This document shows, in pieces, positions 51,820 to 61,788 of a DNA stretch of 64,000 bases. The position numbers were made by a program, and so were the translations under genes. The notes below the pieces were generated by a model. It did not search any database. It saw only the letters and a program-made list of their open reading frames with translations, and was not told the DNA's origin. Within the stretch, counting starts at the first letter, position 1, and every line of letters starts with the position of its first letter. This DNA comes from Gammaproteobacteria bacterium (GTDB taxonomy: Bacteria; Pseudomonadota; Gammaproteobacteria; UBA4575): NCBI GenBank assembly GCA_965243395.1, contig CBDEUS010000002.1, positions 576,001-640,000 of the forward strand. Reading direction: 5' to 3'.

Positions 51820-52290
51820 ATGTCAGAAGAAAGACCCCCATTCCCCCCGTTTACCCAAGAAGATGCCATTCAAAAAGTGCGTATGGCAGAAAATGCCTGG
51901 AATTTACAGGACCCGCAGAAAATAGCACTTGCTTATTCAGCTGATAGTCGTTGGCGAAATCGAGCAGAATTTTTCAGTGGTCGTGATGAAATTATTGCGT
52001 TTCTTAAGCGCAAGTGGGCGCGTGAACTGGACTATCGATTAATAAAAGAGTTATGGACGTATAACGGCAACCGAATTGCAGTGCGTTTTCAGTATGAATA
52101 TCACGATGATTCTGGGAATTGGTTTCGTGCTCATGGAAATGAAAATTGGGAGTTTAATGACAAAGGATTAATGCAACGTCGCGAAGCCAGCATAAATGAT
52201 GTGCCGATAAAAGAATCGGAGCGAAAATTTTTATGGGAACAAGGTGCACGCCCCGACGATCATCTTGGGCTTACTGAACTTGGATTGTAA
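51820..52290 (+). CDS. DUF1348 / SnoaL-like (NTF2-fold) protein
   Basis: [40 protein letters not shown]. Confidence 0.9.
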   Translation: MSEERPPFPPFTQEDAIQKVRMAENAWNLQDPQKIALAYSADSRWRNRAEFFSGRDEIIAFLKRKWARELDYRLIKELWTYNGNRIAVRFQYEYHDDSGNWFRAHGNENWEFNDKGLMQRREASINDVPIKESERKFLWEQGARPDDHLGLTELGL

Positions 52291-52295
52291 AATAA

Positions 52296-52865
52296 ATGCC
52301 TAAAGTGTTTGCTGAACGTAGTGATGTTATTCCGGCATTAGGAGAAGTCTTTAGAGAATATGGATTTGCAGGTGCGTCACTTTCTGAAATAACCGAACGT
52401 ACCGGGCTTGGTAAAGGTAGTCTTTATCATTTTTTCCCCAATGGGAAAAATGAAATGGCAGAAGCTGTTTTAAATGATATTGATAAATGGTTTAAAGATA
52501 ATGTATTTACACCATTGCGTGAAAGTGAAGATGCTGTTGCAAGTATTCGCTTGATGTTTGATGAAGTGAATCGGTATTTTAAATCTGGAAAGCGTATATG
52601 TTTGGTTGGTGCTTTTGCATTAGACCATACACGTGATCAATTCTCTGAGAAAGTATGCAACTATTTTAAAATTTGGATTAGTTCGTTAACTACTGCATTA
52701 AAACTAAATGGGTTAACAAAGAAGGATGCCAAAATGATTGCCGAGGAGGTTGTGGGCGGTATTCAAGGTGCGTTGGTTTTGGCGAGATCACAAGACGACC
52801 CAAAAATTTTTGCACGTACAATGAAACGCCTTGAGCAACGCGTAATGGAGCTCATCGATGACTAA
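52296..52865 (+). CDS. TetR/AcrR family regulator
   Basis: HTH TGLGKGSLYHFFPNGK; ICLVG and IQGALVLAR C-terminal motifs. Confidence 0.93.
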   Translation: MPKVFAERSDVIPALGEVFREYGFAGASLSEITERTGLGKGSLYHFFPNGKNEMAEAVLNDIDKWFKDNVFTPLRESEDAVASIRLMFDEVNRYFKSGKRICLVGAFALDHTRDQFSEKVCNYFKIWISSLTTALKLNGLTKKDAKMIAEEVVGGIQGALVLARSQDDPKIFARTMKRLEQRVMELIDD

Positions 52866-52919
52866 CGTTTAAATTCTGGTCTAGAATCGACAAGCGTAAA
52901 TGAATTATAAGAGAGAAAA

Positions 52920-53501
52920 ATGAGAGAGTTTATTAGTGATATCGCATTTACCGATACGGTAAAAAAATTACAAGAAGAAAAAGGTTCTAGATCAATCTAT
53001 GCTCGCGCTGAAGAATTCGGAGGTTGGGAAAATATTGTCACCACTAAACTAAGAGAATTTCTTGCTGAACGGGATTCTTTCTATATGTCGAGCGTAAATA
53101 GCGAAGGTTACCCGTATATCCAACACCGTGGTGGTCCTAAAGGATTTTTAAAAGTACTTGATAAACATACTTTAGGGTTTGCCGATTTCTCGGGTAATCG
53201 CCAATTCATTTCTTACGGAAACATACAAGATAATAATAAAGTTTGTTTATTTTTCATGGATTATCCAAACAGAATGAGAATTAAACTTTGGGGCACGGCA
53301 GAAATAAAAGAAGAAGATGCTGAATTAAATGAAAAACTTTCTATCCCTGGTTATAAAGCTGTCGTAGAGCGAGCTTATGTAATCCATGTAGAAGCTTGGG
53401 ATCGGAATTGCCCACAACACATCGTGCCTAGATACACTAAGCAAGAAATTGAAGATTTGGAAATATGCCCCAGTTGTGAGTATAGGGATGTGCGAATCTG
53501 A
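52920..53501 (+). CDS. Pyridoxamine 5'-phosphate oxidase-related FMN-binding protein
   Basis: PYIQHRGGPKGF, ADFSGNRQ, NCPQHIVPRY. Confidence 0.88.
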   Translation: MREFISDIAFTDTVKKLQEEKGSRSIYARAEEFGGWENIVTTKLREFLAERDSFYMSSVNSEGYPYIQHRGGPKGFLKVLDKHTLGFADFSGNRQFISYGNIQDNNKVCLFFMDYPNRMRIKLWGTAEIKEEDAELNEKLSIPGYKAVVERAYVIHVEAWDRNCPQHIVPRYTKQEIEDLEICPSCEYRDVRI

Positions 53502-53601
53502 GCCGCGTTCTGGATAATATGAACAGATTAGAGTAAGGCAGTCTAGAATGAAGCTATGTGCCGAAAGCAAACACTAATAATAAATAGCATTAAATTAAAT
53601 C

Positions 53602-54150
53602 ATGCGTATTGATCCGGCAAGTCATCGGGTAGTCGGGGTACGGTTTGTGCCATCGCCTAACTATGATGAACGCCCGGCAAATTCTCCACTGTCATTAATT
53701 GTGATCCATAACATTAGTTTGCCGCCAAATGAATTTGGTGGGCCATATATTGAACAACTGTTTACCAATCAGCTTGATCCAAATGAACACCCTTATTTTA
53801 AAAAAATTGCGCAAAACAAAGTTTCTGCACATCTATTGATTCGTCGCAATGGGGAGTTATTGCAGTTTGTGCCATTCAATATGCGCGCGTGGCATGCTGG
53901 TGAATCAAACTATAACGGCAGATCTCGAGCGAATGATTTTTCTATCGGTATTGAGTTGGAAGGTGCAGATGAGGTTCCTTATGAACCCGAGCAATACTCT
54001 GTATTGGCAAGCTTAGTAGATGCACTACGAATGGCGTATCCATCATTAAACAAACAAGATATTGCAGGACATTCTGATATTGCACCAGGAAGAAAATCCG
54101 ATCCTGGCCTCGCATTTAACTGGGAAAAATTCAGAGATCTATTGGCCTAA
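53602..54150 (+). CDS. ampD: 1,6-anhydro-N-acetylmuramyl-L-alanine amidase
   Basis: IHNISLPP, VSAH, AWHAG, NDFSIGIELEG, GHSDIAPGRK.DPG. Confidence 0.96.
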   Translation: MRIDPASHRVVGVRFVPSPNYDERPANSPLSLIVIHNISLPPNEFGGPYIEQLFTNQLDPNEHPYFKKIAQNKVSAHLLIRRNGELLQFVPFNMRAWHAGESNYNGRSRANDFSIGIELEGADEVPYEPEQYSVLASLVDALRMAYPSLNKQDIAGHSDIAPGRKSDPGLAFNWEKFRDLLA

Positions 54151-54155
54151 CATTA

Positions 54156-54848
54156 TCATTCTTCAATAAGCTGCCAAGTTTTATTGATGTAGCCTTCAAT
54201 GGGTGCGAAGTTAATTTTATAATTCATTTTTTGGCACTCTTTAATCCAATAACCAAGATACACATAGTTTAATTGTTTTGATTTAGCGAGTTCGATAAGT
54301 TTCAATATAGCTAGCGTGCCTAAACTACGATTTTGATATGTTGTATCAAAATAAGTGTATGCTGCCGAAAGTCCTTGAGGTAAATGATCAAAGACCGCAA
54401 CACTGATTAATTTTTCTTCTAATCTAAATTCTATAAATTGTGTATCGGACCATGTTCCTAGAATAAACTCTTCATAGTCATGTTGAGTGGATAAGGACAT
54501 TGGACTTTCATTGTGACGATTTTGTAAATATCTCATGTATAAGTCGAAATGCTCTTGTATAAACTTTTTGTCTACTATTTGCATGCTTAGATCTTGGTTT
54601 CTTTTTAATGTGCGCTGTTGAGAACGACTGAGATTAAAATCTTTAACGCATACTCGCGTTGGTATACAGGCTTTGCAATCCGGACATTGCGGACGATATA
54701 AATGGCTGCCATTACGTCGAAAACCATGGTCGATTAACCAACTATAGGTTTGCGTAGAAATTTCGGTATTGGGATCCGCAAATATATTTATGCTATAGCG
54801 GTTAGGTAAATAACCACATGGATGAACTGGAGTTTGATAAAAATCCAT
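54156..54848 (-). CDS. ATE1-like aminoacyl-tRNA--protein transferase (Bpt/Ate)
   Basis: HPCGYL, GFRRNG, YRPQC..C.AC, SLGT, YLGYWI, MNYK. Confidence 0.92.
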   Translation of the reverse strand: MDFYQTPVHPCGYLPNRYSINIFADPNTEISTQTYSWLIDHGFRRNGSHLYRPQCPDCKACIPTRVCVKDFNLSRSQQRTLKRNQDLSMQIVDKKFIQEHFDLYMRYLQNRHNESPMSLSTQHDYEEFILGTWSDTQFIEFRLEEKLISVAVFDHLPQGLSAAYTYFDTTYQNRSLGTLAILKLIELAKSKQLNYVYLGYWIKECQKMNYKINFAPIEGYINKTWQLIEE

Positions 54849-54914
54849 CTTTACTTTTGTAAGTCGTTATAATTGCCCATATATATTTTACAAAAAGAAT
54901 AACAATAAATACCT

Positions 54915-56513
54915 ATGTATAAACAGCTACATGATATTTTGACGGTTATGGGCCGTGATCAAAAGCTTGGATTGTTAGCTAATGGCAACATAGGTCTGGA
55001 AAAGGAATCATTGCGAGTAGATTTAAAAGGTAAGCTCTCTCAACAGCCCCATCCACTAAAGCTAGGTTCGGCTTTAACAAACCCATATATCACAACAGAT
55101 TATTCTGAAGCTTTGTTGGAACTTATAACGCCTCCCATTCAAGGGGTTGCAAATGCGCGCGACTTTCTACACAAAATCCATAAATTTGTATATGCACACT
55201 TAGAAGATGAGTATATTTGGGCTGCAAGCATGCCATGTGTAGTTGCCGGTGAAAAAGGGATTCCAATTGCAAACTATGGTAACTCGAATCTAGGTATGAT
55301 GAAGACAGTTTACCGTCGTGGCTTAGGCCATCGTTATGGAAAAATGATGCAAGTAATTGCGGGAGTGCATTTTAATTTTTCCATGCAAGAAAGTTTTTGG
55401 CCATATTATCAAGCTCTCCTTGGCCAAAAACTAAGTAAGCAAAATTTTATTTCTGAGCAATACATGGGGTTGATACGAAATATTCAGCGTTATGGCTGGC
55501 TGATTTTTTATTTGTTTGGTGCATCTCCAGCAATTTGCAAATCTTTTTTAAGTGGCCAGCCGAATACTTTAGAAAAGTTTGATAGCAAAACTTACTACTT
55601 ACCTCATGCAACGAGTCTTCGCATGGGCGACATTGGCTATACAAATAAAAAAGAAAGTGAAACGGGAGTGCAAGCCTGTTATGACAATTTGCAGTCATAT
55701 ATAAACTGTTTAACGAAAGCAATTGAAACACCTTGTCCAGAGTATGAGAAAATTGGTGTAAAGGTAAATGGAGAGTATCGACAACTTAATGCCAATATTT
55801 TGCAGATAGAAAACGAATATTACAGTTCCATTCGTCCTAAACAGCCTTTAGTTAAAAATGAAAAGCCTGTAAATGCACTTGCGCAACGAGGTGTTGAGTA
55901 TATTGAACTTAGGTCGCTGGACCTTAATTTATATGACCCAATTGGAATTAGTGAGGAACAATTATATTTTCTGGAAACATTCATGTTGTTTTGTTTGTTA
56001 CATCAAAGCCCATTGATTGATAAACATGAACGTGAGGCGATAGAAGATAATGACAGCAAAGTTGCTCATCAAGGTCGTGACCCAAAATTAAAACTTTCGC
56101 GAGTGGATCGTTTATCTACGCTGCAAGATTGGGGGCGAGAAATATTAAGCGAAATGCAAGCAATTGCAGCAATTCTTGATGAGCAAAATAATACTTCTGG
56201 TTATAGTCGGGCCTTACAAAATCAGCAAGCTGTGGTCGAGGATCTTTCCTTAACGCCCTCGGCTAGAGTTCTACAGGATCTGCATGACAATAATGAATGT
56301 TTTTTTGAATTTGCAAGCCGTGTCTCTAAACAACATGAAAATCAACTACGTAACAGTGACTTAAGTGAGAAGGATGCGGATTTTTTCCAAACTAGTGTGC
56401 GACAGTCGGTAGAAAAACAAGGACAAATTGAGGCTTCCGACACACAAACATTCGATCAATTCCTGCACAATTATTTTTCGAACACAGTATCTGAACAGGA
56501 AGTGACGGTATGA
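54915..56513 (+). CDS. gshA: Glutamate--cysteine ligase
   Basis: GLEKESLR, ITTDYSEALLE.ITP, LQIENEYY, GVEYIELRSLD. Confidence 0.96.
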   Translation: MYKQLHDILTVMGRDQKLGLLANGNIGLEKESLRVDLKGKLSQQPHPLKLGSALTNPYITTDYSEALLELITPPIQGVANARDFLHKIHKFVYAHLEDEYIWAASMPCVVAGEKGIPIANYGNSNLGMMKTVYRRGLGHRYGKMMQVIAGVHFNFSMQESFWPYYQALLGQKLSKQNFISEQYMGLIRNIQRYGWLIFYLFGASPAICKSFLSGQPNTLEKFDSKTYYLPHATSLRMGDIGYTNKKESETGVQACYDNLQSYINCLTKAIETPCPEYEKIGVKVNGEYRQLNANILQIENEYYSSIRPKQPLVKNEKPVNALAQRGVEYIELRSLDLNLYDPIGISEEQLYFLETFMLFCLLHQSPLIDKHEREAIEDNDSKVAHQGRDPKLKLSRVDRLSTLQDWGREILSEMQAIAAILDEQNNTSGYSRALQNQQAVVEDLSLTPSARVLQDLHDNNECFFEFASRVSKQHENQLRNSDLSEKDADFFQTSVRQSVEKQGQIEASDTQTFDQFLHNYFSNTVSEQEVTV

Positions 56514-56974
56514 AGAAAGTTGGAATGATCAGTATCACATTACTAGGGATATTTTTTCTTAGTAGCCCAGCACAAGCTGAAATCTTTAAATGGGTCGATG
56601 AAAATGGCAAGGTGCATTACAGCGACCGCAAAATGAGCAGCCAAGCGCAACAAATTAATGTCGATACAGGTGCCGCTACTCTAGGGCAAGATTCAAATGT
56701 TGTTGAACAACGTTTAATGCATCAGCAAAAGTATGTGAACTATTTGCAGTCCGAGCGTTTAGAGCGACAGGAAAAAAGATTGGAAGCTCAACAAGCTGTT
56801 GATAAAAAGAAAAAACTTTGTGCAGCACTACAAGATCAACTTCATAACTATGATCACGGAAATTACCGTTGGTACGATTTAGATGAATCAACCGGTGAAA
56901 GAAATTATCTGTCTGATGATCAAATCGAAATTAAAAAAGAAGAAGTACAAAAAGAAATAGCCTCTAATTGTTGA
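56510..56974 (+). CDS. DUF4124 domain exported protein
   Basis: Signal peptide, IFKWVDENGKVHYSD, coiled coil, two Cys. Confidence 0.88.
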   Translation: MKKVGMISITLLGIFFLSSPAQAEIFKWVDENGKVHYSDRKMSSQAQQINVDTGAATLGQDSNVVEQRLMHQQKYVNYLQSERLERQEKRLEAQQAVDKKKKLCAALQDQLHNYDHGNYRWYDLDESTGERNYLSDDQIEIKKEEVQKEIASNC

Positions 56975-56981
56975 GTCTTTA

Positions 56982-57009
56982 AATATGCTGGGCATATTCC
57001 CAGCATATT
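56982..57009. terminator. Hairpin between convergent genes
   Basis: AATATGCTGGG-CATATT-CCCAGCATATT. Confidence 0.7.
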
Positions 57010-57022
57010 CACACATCAATAA

Positions 57023-57862
57023 TTATCTATGATGGCCCGGAGGATAGGGGGCATAGCCCACCTCATAATCATCTCTAGGCCAAAAGCGATTCTCTCGTTC
57101 ATGATAGTCACTACCACATTCTATAAATCGTTTGTTGCATAGGGTTTCTCGCCATTCGTATTTATAGAAACTTTTCATTACTGCTTTACGTTTAGGATTG
57201 AAGTGCACACGTCTTACATGTGAGGTTTGATGCTCTCCAAAACCTGTACCGGCTTCCGCTTGGTCTGCTCCTGCTGATTCATTAGATGATGTGGAATCAT
57301 TAGAGCGACTTGGTGAACTTGCTTGTGGATTTGGGTTAATTATTTTTTCACGCTTTGTAAAAAAGGGTAATTTTTCTTCATATACTGCGACAGCAATGAC
57401 ACCCATTGCAGAATCATCGCCAAACGCATGAGCATAAGAATCTTCAATATCGGTAAAGTAAAAACGATGAATATCATGAGTGCTAGTGCGCCAACCTGAA
57501 TAAGTTTGGGTTTCATAAGGACCTAAGATATACATATTTTCGCTATGCTTCAGTGTGGATTGTTTACCAGAAATAATATTTCTACCGTCTACTGCAATGA
57601 CTAGTCCTACACGTCGATCAGAATAATTGCGAATCTGCAAGGAGTAATTTTCTCCGTTCAGAGCCTCCAGATACGCACGTTTCTCGTTTTTCAAAAAGCG
57701 TTGTTTCACAGGATAGATGGGAAAATGAGTACCGTTGTCAGCAATGACATGTATGCCAACTGGCGAATGAGGTGCATATTTACTCGATGCCATGCAGGGA
57801 GCTGCTACACTTAGCACCAATAATAAATATAACCACCCATATTCAAGTAGCTTGATTTTCAT
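57023..57862 (-). CDS. Exported conserved hypothetical protein
   Basis: Signal peptide; motifs YSLQIRN, VDGRNIISG, GWR, GVIAVAVYEE, AGTGFGE; function unknown. Confidence 0.8.
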   Translation of the reverse strand: MKIKLLEYGWLYLLLVLSVAAPCMASSKYAPHSPVGIHVIADNGTHFPIYPVKQRFLKNEKRAYLEALNGENYSLQIRNYSDRRVGLVIAVDGRNIISGKQSTLKHSENMYILGPYETQTYSGWRTSTHDIHRFYFTDIEDSYAHAFGDDSAMGVIAVAVYEEKLPFFTKREKIINPNPQASSPSRSNDSTSSNESAGADQAEAGTGFGEHQTSHVRRVHFNPKRKAVMKSFYKYEWRETLCNKRFIECGSDYHERENRFWPRDDYEVGYAPYPPGHHR

Positions 57863-57959
57863 CTCGTAGGTTCCTTTTTTGATTAAGTTAATAAATTACG
57901 GGTTCTAAGCTTATTAACGTCACAATCAAATAAATGGGTTAAACAGACTAGGAAATATT

Positions 57960-60230
57960 TTGCAGTTAGTTAAAAACACTCCAGTTATTAAGGATTTAGT
58001 ATTAATTGGTGGCGGGCATAGTCATGTGGCGGTGTTGAAAAAATTTGGTATGAAACCATTAACGGGTTTACAAATTACCTTAATAACACGTGATGTACAC
58101 ACCCCGTATTCAGGTATGTTACCGGGTTATATCGCCGGACATTACAGTTATGACGAAAGTCATATCGATTTGCGCCCACTAGCAAAGTTTTGCGGCGCAA
58201 GACTAATTCATGCTCCTGCAACTTATATTCAGCTTGAAGAAAAAAATGTAATTTGTGGTGATCGCCCACCTATTCGTTATGACGTACTTTCAATAAATAC
58301 TGGATCAACTCCATCACATATCGAAGTACCTGGTTCAAAAGAACATTCGCTCGCCGTAAAGCCTATCAATGAGTTTTTGCAAGGTTGGGATGAACTAATG
58401 CAACAAGTGTTAGCAAGCAAGGGAGAGTTTAAGGTAGTTGTTGTGGGTGCAGGTGCAGGAGGAGTGGAAGTTGCACTTGCTACACAGTTTCATTTACATA
58501 ATTTACTTCGTGAGAATTCATATCCACTTGATAGTTTGCAGTTTGATTTAATAGCGGGTACAGGCCCTGTATTAGCTACACACAATACTTCTATACAAAA
58601 ACGATTTCGTCGTGTACTAGCAGAGCGTGAAATCACTTTACATAAAGGAAGTAAAGCTAAACGTGTAAATGCCAATGCTATTGAATTAGACAACGGCCAA
58701 ATATTGCAAGCTGACGCCATTATCTGGGCAACGCATGCATCTGCTCCTGGTTGGTATAAGGAATCAGGGCTGGCTGTCGATGAACGCGGATTCGTTGCAG
58801 TGAATGATTCTTTGCAATCCATTTCTCATGTAGATGTTTTTGCAGCGGGTGATATCGCTTCAGTTGTGGATTATCCGCGTCCTAAATCAGGGGTATTCGC
58901 GGTTCGGCAGGGTCCTCCTCTATATAAAAATATACGGCGAGCGCTCACCAATAAACCTTTAAAAAGACATGTTCCTCAAATTAGTTTTTTAAGTTTGATC
59001 AGTACAGGAGATAAATGTGCAATTGGCTCTAGAGGGATCTTTACTTTTGAAGGCGCATGGATATGGAAGCTTAAGGATTTTATTGATCGTGAATTCATGC
59101 GTAAGTATCAACAACTTCCAGAAATGGATGAGGAGCCTGAACCATTAAATAGCGAATTAGCAAATAAAGACACATTAAAAGAAATTTCTGCGATAGCGAT
59201 GCGCTGCGGCGGTTGCGGTGCAAAGGTAGGGAGTAATGTACTTAGTCGGGTTGTGAATCAACTAACGACGATAAAGCGTGATGATGTGGTTTTAGGTTTA
59301 GATGCACCAGATGACGCTGCAGTTTTGCAAGTGCCTGAAGGGAAAGTGCAGGTGCAATCTGTAGATTATTTTCGTTCATTTATTGATGATCCTTATGTAT
59401 TTGGTCAAATTGCAGCGAATCATAGTTTAGGCGATGTGTTTGCGATGGGGGCAGAAGCACAAGCTGCGATGGCTATTGCTACCGTGCCATATGGGAAAGA
59501 AGAAGTAGTGGAACAACAATTACAGCAGATGATGCAAGGCGCATTACAAGTCCTTAATCAACATAATGCTGCGCTTGTTGGGGGTCACTCTAGCGAAGGT
59601 GCTGAATTATCATTTGGTTTGAGTGTTACAGGTTTAGTTGAAAAAGAAAAACTTTTAGCTAAAAGCGGAATGCAAGATGGTGACGTTATTATCCTAACCA
59701 AACCAATTGGAACCGGAACTTTATTCGCAGCGGATATGCGTGGAAAAGCAAAAGGACGTTGGGTCTCTAAAGCAATTGATTCGATGATTCAATCCAATCA
59801 TTCAGCTGCACAATGTTTATATAAATACGATGTGCATGCTTGTACAGATGTAACAGGATTTGGTGTATTGGGCCATTTAGTAGAAATGTTGCGAATAGGG
59901 GGAGTGGATATATATATCGATATTAATTCTTTACCTGTTTTAAAAGGTGCAATTGAATCGATGCAGCTTGGGATTTTTAGTTCTTTGCAGCCTTCAAATG
60001 TTCGTTTACGTAGAGCGATTAAAAACCAAGAGCAGGCCGTTACACATACCTATTATCCATTATTGTTTGATCCGCAAACTGCAGGAGGTTTGCTTGCAAG
60101 TGTTCCTAAACAATATGAGCAAGCCTGTATTACTGAACTGCAAAATCTAGGCTACTCAGAGGCATGTACGATTGGTTATGTTGAGAAAGAAGGCGCTTCA
60201 ATTGAAAGCATTCATATAAATCTAGAATAA
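57960..60230 (+). CDS. selD: Selenide, water dikinase SelD fused to an N-terminal FAD/NAD-binding oxidoreductase domain
   Basis: GGGHSH and GAGAGGVE dinucleotide motifs; MRCGGCGAKV, DDAA, GGHSSEG, TDVTGFG, DPQTAGGLL. Confidence 0.92.
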   Translation: MQLVKNTPVIKDLVLIGGGHSHVAVLKKFGMKPLTGLQITLITRDVHTPYSGMLPGYIAGHYSYDESHIDLRPLAKFCGARLIHAPATYIQLEEKNVICGDRPPIRYDVLSINTGSTPSHIEVPGSKEHSLAVKPINEFLQGWDELMQQVLASKGEFKVVVVGAGAGGVEVALATQFHLHNLLRENSYPLDSLQFDLIAGTGPVLATHNTSIQKRFRRVLAEREITLHKGSKAKRVNANAIELDNGQILQADAIIWATHASAPGWYKESGLAVDERGFVAVNDSLQSISHVDVFAAGDIASVVDYPRPKSGVFAVRQGPPLYKNIRRALTNKPLKRHVPQISFLSLISTGDKCAIGSRGIFTFEGAWIWKLKDFIDREFMRKYQQLPEMDEEPEPLNSELANKDTLKEISAIAMRCGGCGAKVGSNVLSRVVNQLTTIKRDDVVLGLDAPDDAAVLQVPEGKVQVQSVDYFRSFIDDPYVFGQIAANHSLGDVFAMGAEAQAAMAIATVPYGKEEVVEQQLQQMMQGALQVLNQHNAALVGGHSSEGAELSFGLSVTGLVEKEKLLAKSGMQDGDVIILTKPIGTGTLFAADMRGKAKGRWVSKAIDSMIQSNHSAAQCLYKYDVHACTDVTGFGVLGHLVEMLRIGGVDIYIDINSLPVLKGAIESMQLGIFSSLQPSNVRLRRAIKNQEQAVTHTYYPLLFDPQTAGGLLASVPKQYEQACITELQNLGYSEACTIGYVEKEGASIESIHINLE

Positions 60231-60249
60231 ACCTAATTAATAGCAAAGT

Positions 60250-60849
60250 ATGTATAAAGTTGCTTGGCTTGGTATTTTTTTCATAGTGTTTATATGGTCT
60301 GCAATTCATCCTAAAGACCAAATCACTTGGTTCTTTGAAGTGTTACCGGCAATTATTGGAATTGTTGTGTTAGTAATTACATATAATTCTTTTCGACTGA
60401 CACAGCTATTATATATTTTAATTTTGATTCATTGTGTAATCTTGATGGTTGGCGGTCATTATACTTATGCAGAAGTGCCATTATTTGACAATTTTAAAGA
60501 ATGGTTTGGGTTTGCTAGAAATAATTACGACAAGGTAGGACATTTTGCTCAAGGTTTTGTCCCTGCACTGATTACGCGAGAGGTTATTATACGTAAAAAC
60601 ATCATTCCAAATTCTTTTTGGCAATATTTTTTCTGTATTAGTTTTTGCCTTGCTTTTAGTGCATTTTACGAACTCATAGAATGGTGGGCAGCGCTTGCAA
60701 TTGGAGAAGGCGCAGATGCGTTTTTAGGAACGCAAGGTTATGAATGGGATACGCAGTCTGATATGGGTTTAGCCTTGTTAGGTGCGATTTTTGGTTTGCT
60801 TACTTTGTCCAAGTTACATGATAAGCAATTGGTTCAAATAAAGTCCTAG
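60250..60849 (+). CDS. DUF2238 (YjdF-like) inner membrane protein
   Basis: GGHYTYAEVP, RNNYDKVGHFAQG, YELIEW, FLGTQG..WDTQSDM. Confidence 0.9.
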   Translation: MYKVAWLGIFFIVFIWSAIHPKDQITWFFEVLPAIIGIVVLVITYNSFRLTQLLYILILIHCVILMVGGHYTYAEVPLFDNFKEWFGFARNNYDKVGHFAQGFVPALITREVIIRKNIIPNSFWQYFFCISFCLAFSAFYELIEWWAALAIGEGADAFLGTQGYEWDTQSDMGLALLGAIFGLLTLSKLHDKQLVQIKS

Positions 60850-60852
60850 AGC

Positions 60853-60890
60853 AAAAGAAAGCCCGCGAAGAGTTGTGTGAGCGGGCTTTC
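60853..60890. terminator. Intrinsic terminator, better U-tract on the minus strand
   Basis: GAAAGCCCGC-N14-GCGGGCTTTC; the minus strand continues TTTT, the plus strand continues CTT. Confidence 0.7.
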
Positions 60891-61405
60891 CTTGTAGGCT
60901 TATGTTTTGGTTGTGGTGTTTTATGAATCGAATCTTGCGTTTTGCTATTAATTTGTCTCGTTGAGTAGTGTTCTACTTTTCCAAGACATTGATATTAAGT
61001 TACGCCAGGTCGATTTGCATGTATTGTTTGTTAGCCTACGATATCAAACAATTTGTAAAACACCTACAGTTCATACCCTACGACTTGTGATAAGCATGTA
61101 CAATTAAAACTTCATTATGTTGTTAATTAGGAGCTTTAATAGATTATTTAGCTGATGATTTATTAGAGATTCGCCATTTATTTGGCAAATGAAATAACTC
61201 TAGATCAAAAGTCAACGTTGTTCGGCTACTATGTGTACAAACATGGCCAGGGTATTCACAATTTATATACTCGAATACCAGCACCAAAGTTATACTTTTA
61301 TATTTGATTAAATTTTTTTATAAACATTCAACGTTTTGCGTGAAATTATTTATTGTAATCTCAGGTCATATCAAAGTTAACGTTAAAAATTAAGGGAACT
61401 TCAAT

Positions 61406-61777
61406 ATGCATAAAATAATATTTTCCTTAGTCCTCCTAGTTTTCCTACTACCTGTTACGTTTTCTGCCTATGCGGGAGGCGGGGGTGCTGGAGGACTCAA
61501 CAATAATTTTACCAAGTTAGAATTAATTCTTCATGAAGATTCTATTGACACTTCAGAGGACTTGAACAATTTAGAACCCGGCTTGTATGAATTTCGCGTG
61601 AAAAATGAAACCAGTGAAAAAGTTGAATTTGTTATTCAAGATCTAAAAACAAGTAAACAGCTAGCTAAGTTAAAGATAAAACCAAATAAAACAAAAAAAT
61701 CTCGTGTGAAAATAACTGAAAATGGCTTTAAATACCAAAAATCCAATGGTAACTGGCATGAATTTGCTGTGAATTAG
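61406..61777 (+). CDS. Small exported hypothetical protein (possible cupredoxin-like beta fold)
   Basis: Signal peptide ending AYA; LEPGLYEFRVKN; no obvious copper-ligand set. Confidence 0.65.
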   Translation: MHKIIFSLVLLVFLLPVTFSAYAGGGGAGGLNNNFTKLELILHEDSIDTSEDLNNLEPGLYEFRVKNETSEKVEFVIQDLKTSKQLAKLKIKPNKTKKSRVKITENGFKYQKSNGNWHEFAVN

Positions 61778-61788
61778 TTAGATGATTA

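Noticed and set aside
56972-57009. Cys-TGA followed by a hairpin as a selenocysteine/SECIS signal near selD
   Set aside because: Read-through adds only 15 unremarkable residues, DUF4124 proteins often end at this Cys, and the hairpin fits a terminator between convergent genes.
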